Positions 49,717 through 59,782 of a DNA stretch of 64,000 nt are shown here, one piece after another. The DNA is taken from NCBI GenBank assembly GCA_049317985.1, contig JBMOHF010000002.1, positions 29,752-93,751 on the forward strand, written 5' to 3'. Positions within the stretch are counted from its first letter, which is position 1. Each line of letters begins with the position of its first letter. This DNA is from Patescibacteria group bacterium (GTDB lineage Bacteria; Patescibacteriota; Patescibacteriia; Patescibacteriales; UBA12465). The notes below the pieces were generated by a model that was given only the letters and a program-made list of their open reading frames with translations, was not told the DNA's origin and did not search any database. A program made the position numbers and the translations under genes.

Positions 49717-49850
49717 TTGGCGGAGAGTAAGGGATAGCGGGGCGACTTTGTCACCCCTTTTGCCTGCGCCGCTCGGAAACGCTAATTAAAATTAGCGTTT
49801 CTCTCGCTATCCTCGGCAAACGAACCAAAGACTTCTCATTACCTTTCTCA
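49717..49850 (-). mobile_element. Structured non-coding element ending in a copy of the tRNA-Ser 3' end
   Basis: 19-bp match TTGGCGGAGAGTAAGGGAT to the tRNA end; nested hairpins GGGGCGAC/GTCACCCC, GAAACGCTAAT/ATTAGCGTTTC, TTTGCC/GGCAAA and GGGATAGCG/CGCTATCCT. Mobility is inferred, not shown. Confidence 0.55.
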
Positions 49851-49895
49851 CACAACAACAAAAAAAGACTCCACTTACGTGAAGTCATTTTTTGT

Positions 49896-49983
49896 TGGCG
49901 GAGAGTAAGGGATTCGAACCCTTGATACCTTGCGGTATACACGCTTTCCAAGCGGGCGCACTCGACCACTATGCGAACTCTCC
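49896..49983 (-). tRNA. tRNA-Ser(GGA), CCA encoded
   Basis: GGAGAGT/ACTCTCC acceptor, CGC-TTGGAAA-GCG anticodon arm, long variable arm ATACCGCAAGGTAT and GGTTCGAATCC T arm. Confidence 0.96.
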
Positions 49984-50052
49984 AATTTTCCATCTCCTCC
50001 ATCATAAACGCTAATCAAAAATCTGGCAATAGAAGAGATGAAATAATTGTTT

Positions 50053-50805
50053 TTATTTGAGTTTTCGCTGGATAACCGTGTTTAGACCTTCAATTTTATC
50101 ATTACTGGAATCAACAAAATCGGTTAAAGGCCGAGCACCGTTGATCATTTCGTCACCGATAAACATTGTTGGTGCACCAACTATTCCATATTTTGCGGCT
50201 TCTTTTGTTTGGCTAACGAGATTCTCGGTCATTTTTGTATCGGCCAAACAAATATCAAACTTTGCCTCATCTATTTTTAATTTTTTGGCCGATAAAGTAA
50301 AGTCTTCTTCAACAAGAGAACGGGTTTTAACAATATCTAATACTTCCTGACGGAACTCCCAACCTTTCCCCTCTTTAAAGGCGCAGTCCAGGGCCTGAGA
50401 GGCTTTCAGACTAAGCTCGCCGCTTGCTGGAAAAGAGCGATAGGCGATTTTTAAATTCTCTCCATAGTCTTTCTTTAACTGCTCAAGACTTTGATTGAGG
50501 TTGGCAGAAAAAGATTGAGAAAGGTCTTCGTAAATCACGAGACCAAGTTTGGCGTCCTTGTTTCCCCACAAATGATCCGTCGGGGAAATTTCTGGCACTA
50601 AAGAATTTTTAAAACTCGCGCTGGTAATAGCGTCTGAGTTTTCGTTAATCAAATCTTGACCATCCAAATTGTTTTGTTTTTTTGGTTGATTCGGCCAAGC
50701 TGCCCAAACCGAGATTAAAACAATCACTAAAGCTAACCCACTAACTAACCACCAAATTTTTTTGTTTTCCTGTGGTGGTTTTTCGAAAGAATGCATTGGA
50801 TTCAT
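50053..50805 (-). CDS. DsbA/thioredoxin-fold membrane-anchored protein lacking CxxC
   Basis: DH..G..DAK...V.Y.D fold, G..GAPT cis-Pro loop and INGA.P; the CxxC position reads QSFS. Confidence 0.8.
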   Translation of the reverse strand: MNPMHSFEKPPQENKKIWWLVSGLALVIVLISVWAAWPNQPKKQNNLDGQDLINENSDAITSASFKNSLVPEISPTDHLWGNKDAKLGLVIYEDLSQSFSANLNQSLEQLKKDYGENLKIAYRSFPASGELSLKASQALDCAFKEGKGWEFRQEVLDIVKTRSLVEEDFTLSAKKLKIDEAKFDICLADTKMTENLVSQTKEAAKYGIVGAPTMFIGDEMINGARPLTDFVDSSNDKIEGLNTVIQRKLK

Positions 50806-50811
50806 AATTTT

Positions 50812-52242
50812 TTAAGCTAATATTTTTTCAATCGCCTGAGCGGCGGATAATAATTTTTCATCTCTAAAGCGCGGAGCAATAAATTGAAGCCCAATCGGCA
50901 ATGACTTCCCCTTTACTTCTCCCGGTAAGGCAGGAAGAGAGATCGCTGGCAAGCCAGCTAAGGAAGCACCAACCAGAAAGATGTCCTCAAGATACATAGC
51001 CAACGGATCATTTACTTGAGCACCAATCTTAAAGGCTGGGTGGGGTGAAGTTGGACTCAAAATTAAATCAAAATCTTTAAAAGCTAAATTGAAATCTTCA
51101 ATAATTAACGCCCTAACAGATTGCGCTTTTTTGTAGTAGCTATCAAAATAGCCGGCCGACAAAGCATAAGTTCCGAGCATAATTCGACGTTTTGTTTCTG
51201 CACCAAAACCCTGCCCTCTGGCCTTTAAATAAAAATCGTGCAAACTTGCCGCCGTATCGTCAGAAACCCCCCAAGCAATCCCATCAAAGCGAGCAAGATT
51301 GGAACTGATTTCGCTTGGTGTGACTATATAATAAACCGGAACGCCAAAACGTGCGTTTGGCAGAGAAACCTCTTCAACTGTTACTCCCGCAAGCTTTAAT
51401 TTTTTAATCGCTTCAGATAAGGCTTTTTTCACCTCTTCATTTTTTAATTCTTGCAAATATTCTTTTGGTAAACCAATTTTTAAAGAGGCGAGGTTCTTGA
51501 AATCATTTTTTTCCTCAACTTTAATTGAAGTGGCGTCATGCTCATCCTTTCCTTCAATAACTTCAAAAACGAATTTGGCGTCTTCAACGGTTTTGGTGAT
51601 TGGCCCAGCCACATCAGTTGAAGAAGTCATGGAGAGTAAACCAAAACGAGAAACACGTCCGTAACTAGGCTTAAAACCAACAACCCCGCAAAAAGCGGAT
51701 GGCTGACGAATAGAGCCGCCGGTATCAGTTCCTAGGGCAAACAAACAAAGGTTAGCCGCCACCGCCGCTGAGCTTCCACCAGAAGATCCACCCGCTACGC
51801 GCGTGAAATCGTGTGGATTTTTTGTCACTCCATAGGCTGAATTTTCTGTTGAGGCACCGTGAGCAAATTCATCGAGATTAGTTTTTCCAAGAAGAACCGC
51901 TCCTGATTCTTTTAATTTAGCGATGACCGCGGCATCATAGGGAGCAAAATAATTATCTAAAATTTTTGAGGCAGCGGTTGTCCTAATGCCTTTGGTCATT
52001 AAAATATCTTTCGCGAGATAAGGAATCCCGAGCAGTGGCGCTCTTTCACCAGCTTTCAATTTCTCATCAGCTTTTTTTGCTTCGAGCAAAGCCTCTTCAC
52101 GACAAACAGTTAAAACTGCGTTTAGTTCTGGATTTTTTTCTTCAATCGCTTTCAAGCAGGCCTCGGTCAAAGCAACAGAGCTAATATCTCCTGTGTCTAG
52201 TTTTTCACGCGCTTCTTTGATTGTTAGTTCATTCAATAACAT
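50812..52242 (-). CDS. gatA: Asp/Glu-tRNA amidotransferase subunit A
   Basis: GKTNLDEFA, GGSSGGS, GTDTGGSIRQP, SSNLARFDG and RRIMLGTY motifs. Confidence 0.97.
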   Translation of the reverse strand: MLLNELTIKEAREKLDTGDISSVALTEACLKAIEEKNPELNAVLTVCREEALLEAKKADEKLKAGERAPLLGIPYLAKDILMTKGIRTTAASKILDNYFAPYDAAVIAKLKESGAVLLGKTNLDEFAHGASTENSAYGVTKNPHDFTRVAGGSSGGSSAAVAANLCLFALGTDTGGSIRQPSAFCGVVGFKPSYGRVSRFGLLSMTSSTDVAGPITKTVEDAKFVFEVIEGKDEHDATSIKVEEKNDFKNLASLKIGLPKEYLQELKNEEVKKALSEAIKKLKLAGVTVEEVSLPNARFGVPVYYIVTPSEISSNLARFDGIAWGVSDDTAASLHDFYLKARGQGFGAETKRRIMLGTYALSAGYFDSYYKKAQSVRALIIEDFNLAFKDFDLILSPTSPHPAFKIGAQVNDPLAMYLEDIFLVGASLAGLPAISLPALPGEVKGKSLPIGLQFIAPRFRDEKLLSAAQAIEKILA

Positions 52243-52245
52243 AGG

Positions 52246-52530
52246 TTACAAAACTTTTTTTACTTTAATCAAACCATCTTGAAGGTCTCCTTGATTGAGT
52301 GCTGTCTTTCGCTCTTCGCTATCCCAAATTTTAATTTCATCTTCACGAAAAATATTTTGACTATCAGAAATTCTGGTTTCTTGGCTGACCAAACTAATAT
52401 CTGCCTGATCCAACTGTTCAATGTATGCCAAAATAGCCGAAAGCTCTCGACTGTATTTTTCTGCCTCTGGCTCACTGATTTCCAGCTTTGCTAGTTGCGC
52501 GATATGAAATATTTCTTCGGAAGTTAACAT
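52246..52530 (-). CDS. gatC: Asp/Glu-tRNA amidotransferase subunit C
   Basis: I.HIA.LA.L, L..IL.Y..QL and FRED motifs; upstream of gatA. Confidence 0.92.
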   Translation of the reverse strand: MLTSEEIFHIAQLAKLEISEPEAEKYSRELSAILAYIEQLDQADISLVSQETRISDSQNIFREDEIKIWDSEERKTALNQGDLQDGLIKVKKVL

Positions 52531-52574
52531 CTGGTTAATTTATATTTATGGTGACTGTGAAATAATAATATTAT

Positions 52575-52665
52575 GGGCCCGGTGTGGTCACGTGATCAGA
52601 TTTGACATTTGCATCTCCAGGGTCCAAATCCCTGCGGGCTTGCCTGCCGACAGGCAGGTCCACCA
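52575..52665 (+). ncRNA. Degenerate tRNA-like element with alanine-identity acceptor stem, interrupted by a 20-nt palindrome
   Basis: GGGCCCG...CAGGG-TCCAAAT-CCCTG-CGGG[CTTGCCTGCCGACAGGCAGG]TCC-A-CCA, giving G3.U70 after removal of the insert. D and anticodon arms are non-canonical. Confidence 0.6.
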
Positions 52666-52753
52666 TTTTGACTTTTTTAGTCAATATGATAAAATAGTTT
52701 TGTTAAGTTTGGTTTCGTAGTTACGACCATCGGAGATAAATACATCCTTCAAG

Positions 52754-52781
52754 AACCCGCCCACGAGGCGGGTTTTTGTTT

Positions 52782-52782
<1 letters not shown>
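52754..52782 (+). terminator. Rho-independent terminator (stronger on plus; may also stop ligA)
   Basis: AACCCGCC-CACGA-GGCGGGTT followed by TTTGTTTTT. Confidence 0.8.
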
Positions 52783-55070
<2,288 letters not shown>

Positions 55071-55103
55071 TCAGGCAAGAAAAACGGCTTTTTAAAGGGA
55101 TAA

Positions 55104-55340
55104 TTACTTGATTTCAGTTGCTGCTGGTGCTTGAGCAGCTGGCGCTTGATTGCCACCTTGAGCCTTCTGAATAAAGGCAACAACTTCAGAGATCGCCTTG
55201 CCATTATTTCCCACGGCTACTTCAATTTGATCCAAGCGATTCTTTTGTTGAGCAAGGTTGATGCTGAATTGAACAAAAAACATCACGACGACACCGGCCA
55301 AGATGCCAACAACTAGAGGGGCAATATATTCTCTTCTCAT
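55104..55340 (-). CDS. Small TM + coiled-coil protein
   Basis: N-terminal TM, heptad region and Ala/Pro tail; terminator at ~55057-55092. Confidence 0.65.
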   Translation of the reverse strand: MRREYIAPLVVGILAGVVVMFFVQFSINLAQQKNRLDQIEVAVGNNGKAISEVVAFIQKAQGGNQAPAAQAPAATEIK

Positions 55341-55387
55341 AGATTTAATAACCGGGAAACCCGGAGTAGATTATTTTTTAAAATTAA

Positions 55388-55609
55388 TTATTTTTTCTGT
55401 TGAGCTTGCAAAGAAGTGTTGATGAGGTTAACAACGGCGTCAGTCTTTTGAATACTTTCAACGATTTGTGGTTCAAGCTTGGTCATTCGATTATCCAAGC
55501 TACGAAGCTGGAAATAAAAGAATAGAGTAGCGGCGATTAGCAAAACCATCACCCCAACCATCACAATTGGGCCGTAGGAAAAGGAGGAATAAGAGCGTTT
55601 CATCTTCAT
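55388..55609 (-). CDS. Small TM + coiled-coil protein, probable paralogue of 55104-55340
   Basis: Same architecture (Y.P..TM..FF.Q...NR...E......VV..I...Q). ATG at 55609 preferred. Confidence 0.65.
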   Translation of the reverse strand: MKMKRSYSSFSYGPIVMVGVMVLLIAATLFFYFQLRSLDNRMTKLEPQIVESIQKTDAVVNLINTSLQAQQKK

Positions 55610-55735
55610 AATTTTCAAAATCTGCCCGGTCGCCAAAAACGACCTTCCGTGAGCAAATATAAATAATTTATTTCATTACTTTTTATATTATACACTTTTT
55701 AAAAAGTCGGGGCAAGCAGAGGGAGTTTCGATAAA

Positions 55736-57337
55736 CTATAGATATTTTTCAATAATAATTTCGGCTGTTGCCAGACCGTCGATTGCCGAAGAAACGATCC
55801 CGCCGGCATAACCAGCTCCTTCTCCGGCCGGATAAAGGCCAGAAATTTTTGATTCCCTGTTTTCTCCCCGAATAATTCTCACTGGCGCTGAACTTCTAGT
55901 TTCAACCCCGGTTAAAACTGCTTCTGGATGAGCAAAGCCTTTTATTTTTCTCTCCATCAAAGGCAAGGCCTTTCTCAAACTTTCTAAAACAAAATCTGGC
56001 AAGCACATATCGAGAGAACAAAAAGAAACGCCACGAGGATAAGTTGCTGCCATTCTCATAACTTTTTTCGAAGGTTTCCCGGCCAGGAAGTCGCCAACCA
56101 ACTGGGCTGGTGCAAGATAGTTGCCACCACCGGCCTGAAAAGCCCGTTTTTCCCAATAACGCTGAAACTCGATCCCGGCCAGTGGATGGTCTGAGCCAAA
56201 ATCTTCTGGAGTGACTGGTACCAACAAAGCGCTATTGGAATTGACACCATCTTGGGCAAACTCACTCATCCCGTTTGTCACAACCATTCCTTCCTCCGAA
56301 GCGGCGGCCATCACATAACCGCCAGGACACATACAAAAAGTATAGACTGAACGAACACCGGTTTGTGATTCTACTAATTTATATTTGGCAACGCCGAGCT
56401 TTTCGTCTTTAAAACTATTACCATATTGTGAACGATTAATCATTTCAGCTTTATGTTCAATACGGACACCAATTGAAAAAGGTTTGGCCGCTAATTCAAC
56501 TTGACGATCAAAAAGTAATTGATAGGTATCACGCGCCGAATGACCAATCGCCAAAATCAAATCAGTGACTTTAATTTCCTCGGTACCATTCACTATTATT
56601 CCTGATAATTTACCTTTCTGAATTATTAAATCCGTGAGACAAGAAGAAAAACGGAATTCTCCTCCCAGAGAAATTATTTCTTCGCGCAATTTTTTTACGA
56701 CTTCTCGCAAAAGGTCGGTCCCAACGTGTGGAGTAGCACTGAATAATATTTCTTCAGGTGCACCAGCTTTAACAAGTTCTTCAAAAACAAATTTAGAACG
56801 AGGATCATTAACGAGAGTGTATAGTTTTCCATCAGAAAAAGTGCCAGCGCCACCTTCACCAAATTGGACGTTAGATTCTTTATTCAAAACTCCCTCTTTA
56901 AAAAACTTATTTACCGTCTTTACTCGGTCATCAACAGAAGCGCCACGTTCAATAACCAGAGGATTCAGTCCCGCTTTTGCCAAGAGAAGAGCGGAAAACA
57001 AACCACAGGGCCCAGAACCAATAATCACTGGGCGATTCGCTGGTTTCTTTTTTGCTTTTTTAATCTCATAAACAAAAGGCTCAAAAAAACGAACTCGATG
57101 ACGAACATTAAACTCCTTAATGTTTTCAGGATTTTTCACAGAAACTTCAACGGAATAAACAAATAGGATATCGGTTTTCTTGCGGGAATCAATCGCCTTT
57201 TTTGTAATTTTATATGACAAAATTTCTGTTTCGGGAATCTGCAAAATTTCGGCTATTTTACTATTTAAAATATCTTCTCCTTCATTCAAATGTAGACCGA
57301 TTTCTTCAAGTTTTAAAAGATTATTTTTTGAGTTCAT
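55736..57337 (-). CDS. FAD-dependent oxidoreductase (COG2509-like)
   Basis: IIGSGPCG, QFGEGGAGTFSDGKL, FCMCPGG, ETRSSAP and GEGAGYAGGI motifs. Confidence 0.92.
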   Translation of the reverse strand: MNSKNNLLKLEEIGLHLNEGEDILNSKIAEILQIPETEILSYKITKKAIDSRKKTDILFVYSVEVSVKNPENIKEFNVRHRVRFFEPFVYEIKKAKKKPANRPVIIGSGPCGLFSALLLAKAGLNPLVIERGASVDDRVKTVNKFFKEGVLNKESNVQFGEGGAGTFSDGKLYTLVNDPRSKFVFEELVKAGAPEEILFSATPHVGTDLLREVVKKLREEIISLGGEFRFSSCLTDLIIQKGKLSGIIVNGTEEIKVTDLILAIGHSARDTYQLLFDRQVELAAKPFSIGVRIEHKAEMINRSQYGNSFKDEKLGVAKYKLVESQTGVRSVYTFCMCPGGYVMAAASEEGMVVTNGMSEFAQDGVNSNSALLVPVTPEDFGSDHPLAGIEFQRYWEKRAFQAGGGNYLAPAQLVGDFLAGKPSKKVMRMAATYPRGVSFCSLDMCLPDFVLESLRKALPLMERKIKGFAHPEAVLTGVETRSSAPVRIIRGENRESKISGLYPAGEGAGYAGGIVSSAIDGLATAEIIIEKYL

Positions 57338-58085
57338 AGAATAAGATGGCTGCAGCGGCAGCAACGTTTAGTGATTCGATTTTATTAGAAATGGTAATTT
57401 TGATTTTTTGCTTAGCGCTCTTCAGGATTTCTGGCGACACTCCCTGACTTTCGCTTCCCAGAACCAAACAGAATTTTTCCGCTGGTTTGAGTCCTCCAAG
57501 AGCGACTCCTTCATGTGAGCTAGTGGCATAAACTGGCAATCGATTTTCAGACAGCCACGCTCCGTCACGATCTTCAAAAAGTCTCAATTTGAAAATTGTA
57601 TCCTTAGCGGCAGAAATGGTTTTGGCACTATAGGGGTCTGCACAATCCTTACTTAAAACAAGATTTTCAAAACCAAAGGCTAGAGCACTACGCATAATGG
57701 CTCCAAGATTTCCTGGGTCGCTAATATCATCTAGATATACTATTGACTCATCAGCTAATGGAATTTTTTCAATTTTATAAATAGCAGCAACACCAGAAGG
57801 AGTGCTTAATTCAGAGAATGCTTTATTTGTTTTTTCATCAATTAAAAACCACTCAGCGGATGAAGAATCTTTTTCTAATAAATCCATTACGTCTTTGTTT
57901 TTTGTAAAAAACTCTTCTGTTACAAATAATGACTGAAAATTGAAGCCACTTTTCTTGGCATCACAAATAATCACGGAATTTTCTACGACAAAAAGACCGT
58001 TTTCCCGACGGTATTTTGCCTGCCTCAATTTGATTAATTCTTTGATCCGACTGTTTTGTGGACTGGTAATTTCTTTGAATGGCAT
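57321..58085 (-). CDS. TrmH/SpoU family RNA methyltransferase
   Basis: ISDPGNLGAIMRSA, LGSESQG and ESLNVA motifs. Confidence 0.95.
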   Translation of the reverse strand: MPFKEITSPQNSRIKELIKLRQAKYRRENGLFVVENSVIICDAKKSGFNFQSLFVTEEFFTKNKDVMDLLEKDSSSAEWFLIDEKTNKAFSELSTPSGVAAIYKIEKIPLADESIVYLDDISDPGNLGAIMRSALAFGFENLVLSKDCADPYSAKTISAAKDTIFKLRLFEDRDGAWLSENRLPVYATSSHEGVALGGLKPAEKFCLVLGSESQGVSPEILKSAKQKIKITISNKIESLNVAAAAAILFYELKK

Positions 58086-58304
58086 AAATTTTAATTATCC
58101 TATTACTAGCATAGACTTTCCATCAGGTTTTCGCAAATAAAAACCCCATTAGAACGAATCTTAATGGGGGGTGGAATAACTTAATACTTACGAACTTATG
58201 AAAAGTGGGGTGGGTTTACAACGTCCACCTTATCTTGATTCTTTCAGTAATATTATTAATTAACTTATCTTAATAATACCACATTAAATAAATATTTGCA
58301 ATAG

Positions 58305-58868
58305 TTAGCGATTTACCCGGCCAAGAACGTCATCGAGGTCAACCAAACCAAAAGCAGTCGCATCGGTGGTGCCACTGATCTTATCGCCAAGGATTAAAAA
58401 GGCGCCCTTCGGCAGGTTTGGATAGGTGTCGGCGTAAAGCTGAAGAACTTTGACTTTATTCTCGGGGATTAGATATTCAAGGCCTTCGGAGTTTTTTAAA
58501 ACTTTGTTATTAACAAAAATTTTATAATCGGTGCCGGATTTTTCCAAGCGCCACGCGTCACCTGGCATTCCTTTGATTATCTTAATAATTGGAATCTCGC
58601 TACCAGCATAATCATAGGCAATAATTTCTTCACGAACAGGAACGGTGCTGCTGCTGTAGTAGCCCATCTGAATTTTTACTTTTTCACCATCTTTAAGTAA
58701 AGGAAACAACGAATCACCAGTTACTGTTCCTTCAATGGTGTTTGGGTCATAGGATTCTTGTTGAACTATTTTTCTCAGGGATGGTGATTTTAAAAAAAAG
58801 AAAATACCAACCAAAACAAGGGCTGAAACGATAATTCCCAGAAAGGCGAGAGGCTTTTTCTTTGACAT
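58305..58868 (-). CDS. lepB: Signal peptidase I (S26)
   Basis: N-terminal TM, GDSLFPLL (Ser), IKII.GMPGD (Lys) and LGD...TD...FG motifs. Confidence 0.85.
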   Translation of the reverse strand: MSKKKPLAFLGIIVSALVLVGIFFFLKSPSLRKIVQQESYDPNTIEGTVTGDSLFPLLKDGEKVKIQMGYYSSSTVPVREEIIAYDYAGSEIPIIKIIKGMPGDAWRLEKSGTDYKIFVNNKVLKNSEGLEYLIPENKVKVLQLYADTYPNLPKGAFLILGDKISGTTDATAFGLVDLDDVLGRVNR

Positions 58869-59008
58869 ACACTTTGTTTATAAGGCTATTTTAATATGAT
58901 TAAATTATAGCACAGAATAGTTTGCGTGAAAAATATTTATACAATATTCTTATTTATAAACAAAAGCCCAGAGCAAAGGCTCTGGGCTAGTTTCATATTA
59001 TTAACAAT

Positions 59009-59701
59009 CTATTTAACATAACACCCCACACCATTTGAAGCACCACAGGGATTTGCCTGATCAGCAGAGACATTAATTGCCACGACACCTACGATGTTTT
59101 GGGCTAGTGTTTCCTGGAAGCAACCCGGATTCCCTGGATTGGAATTCTTAAAATACTTGTTTTGACCAGAAGTCACAACACCATTTGTTTGCACTATCCC
59201 AACACCTGGGTTGTCTGTAACGGTGTAGTAACTCGAAGCATTGTAATAATAAATCCCTATTCTTGTCGTACACGAGCTGTCACTATAGTAGAACTTTCCA
59301 TAGCCCGATGGCAGGTTTGTAATATTCGTTCCAAGGCAATCGGAATGCGTCATATGCTCTGGCACAGTAGCACCGGTACGCAACCACACTATCTGTTTAC
59401 AAGTGTTGACTTGAAGACTCGTTGTAGTGGCAATTGTACCGGAAAATCCTATAAAATCACCAACACTTGTATTTGTCACGGGATTGTAAACATGTAAACC
59501 TCCTCCCGCCGCTGCCACGGCAGTGTCGACATAAGACTTTGTTGCTGCGTCAGTATTGGCTACTGGCAAACCAACTTTCACTGGCTGAAGATAGTTTGTG
59601 ATATAAGTTGCTTGAGCGGTTGAGATAACCACAAAAACAACACTCATCACAAAAAAACCGATTGCGCCCATAATGAGCCAGCTCTCTTTTAATTTTTTCA
59701 T
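59009..59701 (-). CDS. Secreted protein with fibre neck/stalk-like motif and Cys-containing C-domain
   Basis: Signal peptide ending AQA; PVANTDAATKSYVD motif; terminator at 58962-58988. Confidence 0.7.
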   Translation of the reverse strand: MKKLKESWLIMGAIGFFVMSVVFVVISTAQATYITNYLQPVKVGLPVANTDAATKSYVDTAVAAAGGGLHVYNPVTNTSVGDFIGFSGTIATTTSLQVNTCKQIVWLRTGATVPEHMTHSDCLGTNITNLPSGYGKFYYSDSSCTTRIGIYYYNASSYYTVTDNPGVGIVQTNGVVTSGQNKYFKNSNPGNPGCFQETLAQNIVGVVAINVSADQANPCGASNGVGCYVK

Positions 59702-59782
59702 AATTTTTATATTGTTATAAATAGTTAATTAATTATTTACAACAAAGTAATGATTTAGAAACGTTAATTATTTTAATACTTT

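Noticed and set aside
49324-49913. Three spaced repeats as a CRISPR array
   Set aside because: The repeats are tRNA 3' ends, spacing is irregular (~390 and ~180 bp), and there are no cas genes.
49751-50005. 84-aa ORF overlapping tRNA-Ser
   Set aside because: Shadow ORF running through the tRNA, its terminator and the structured element.
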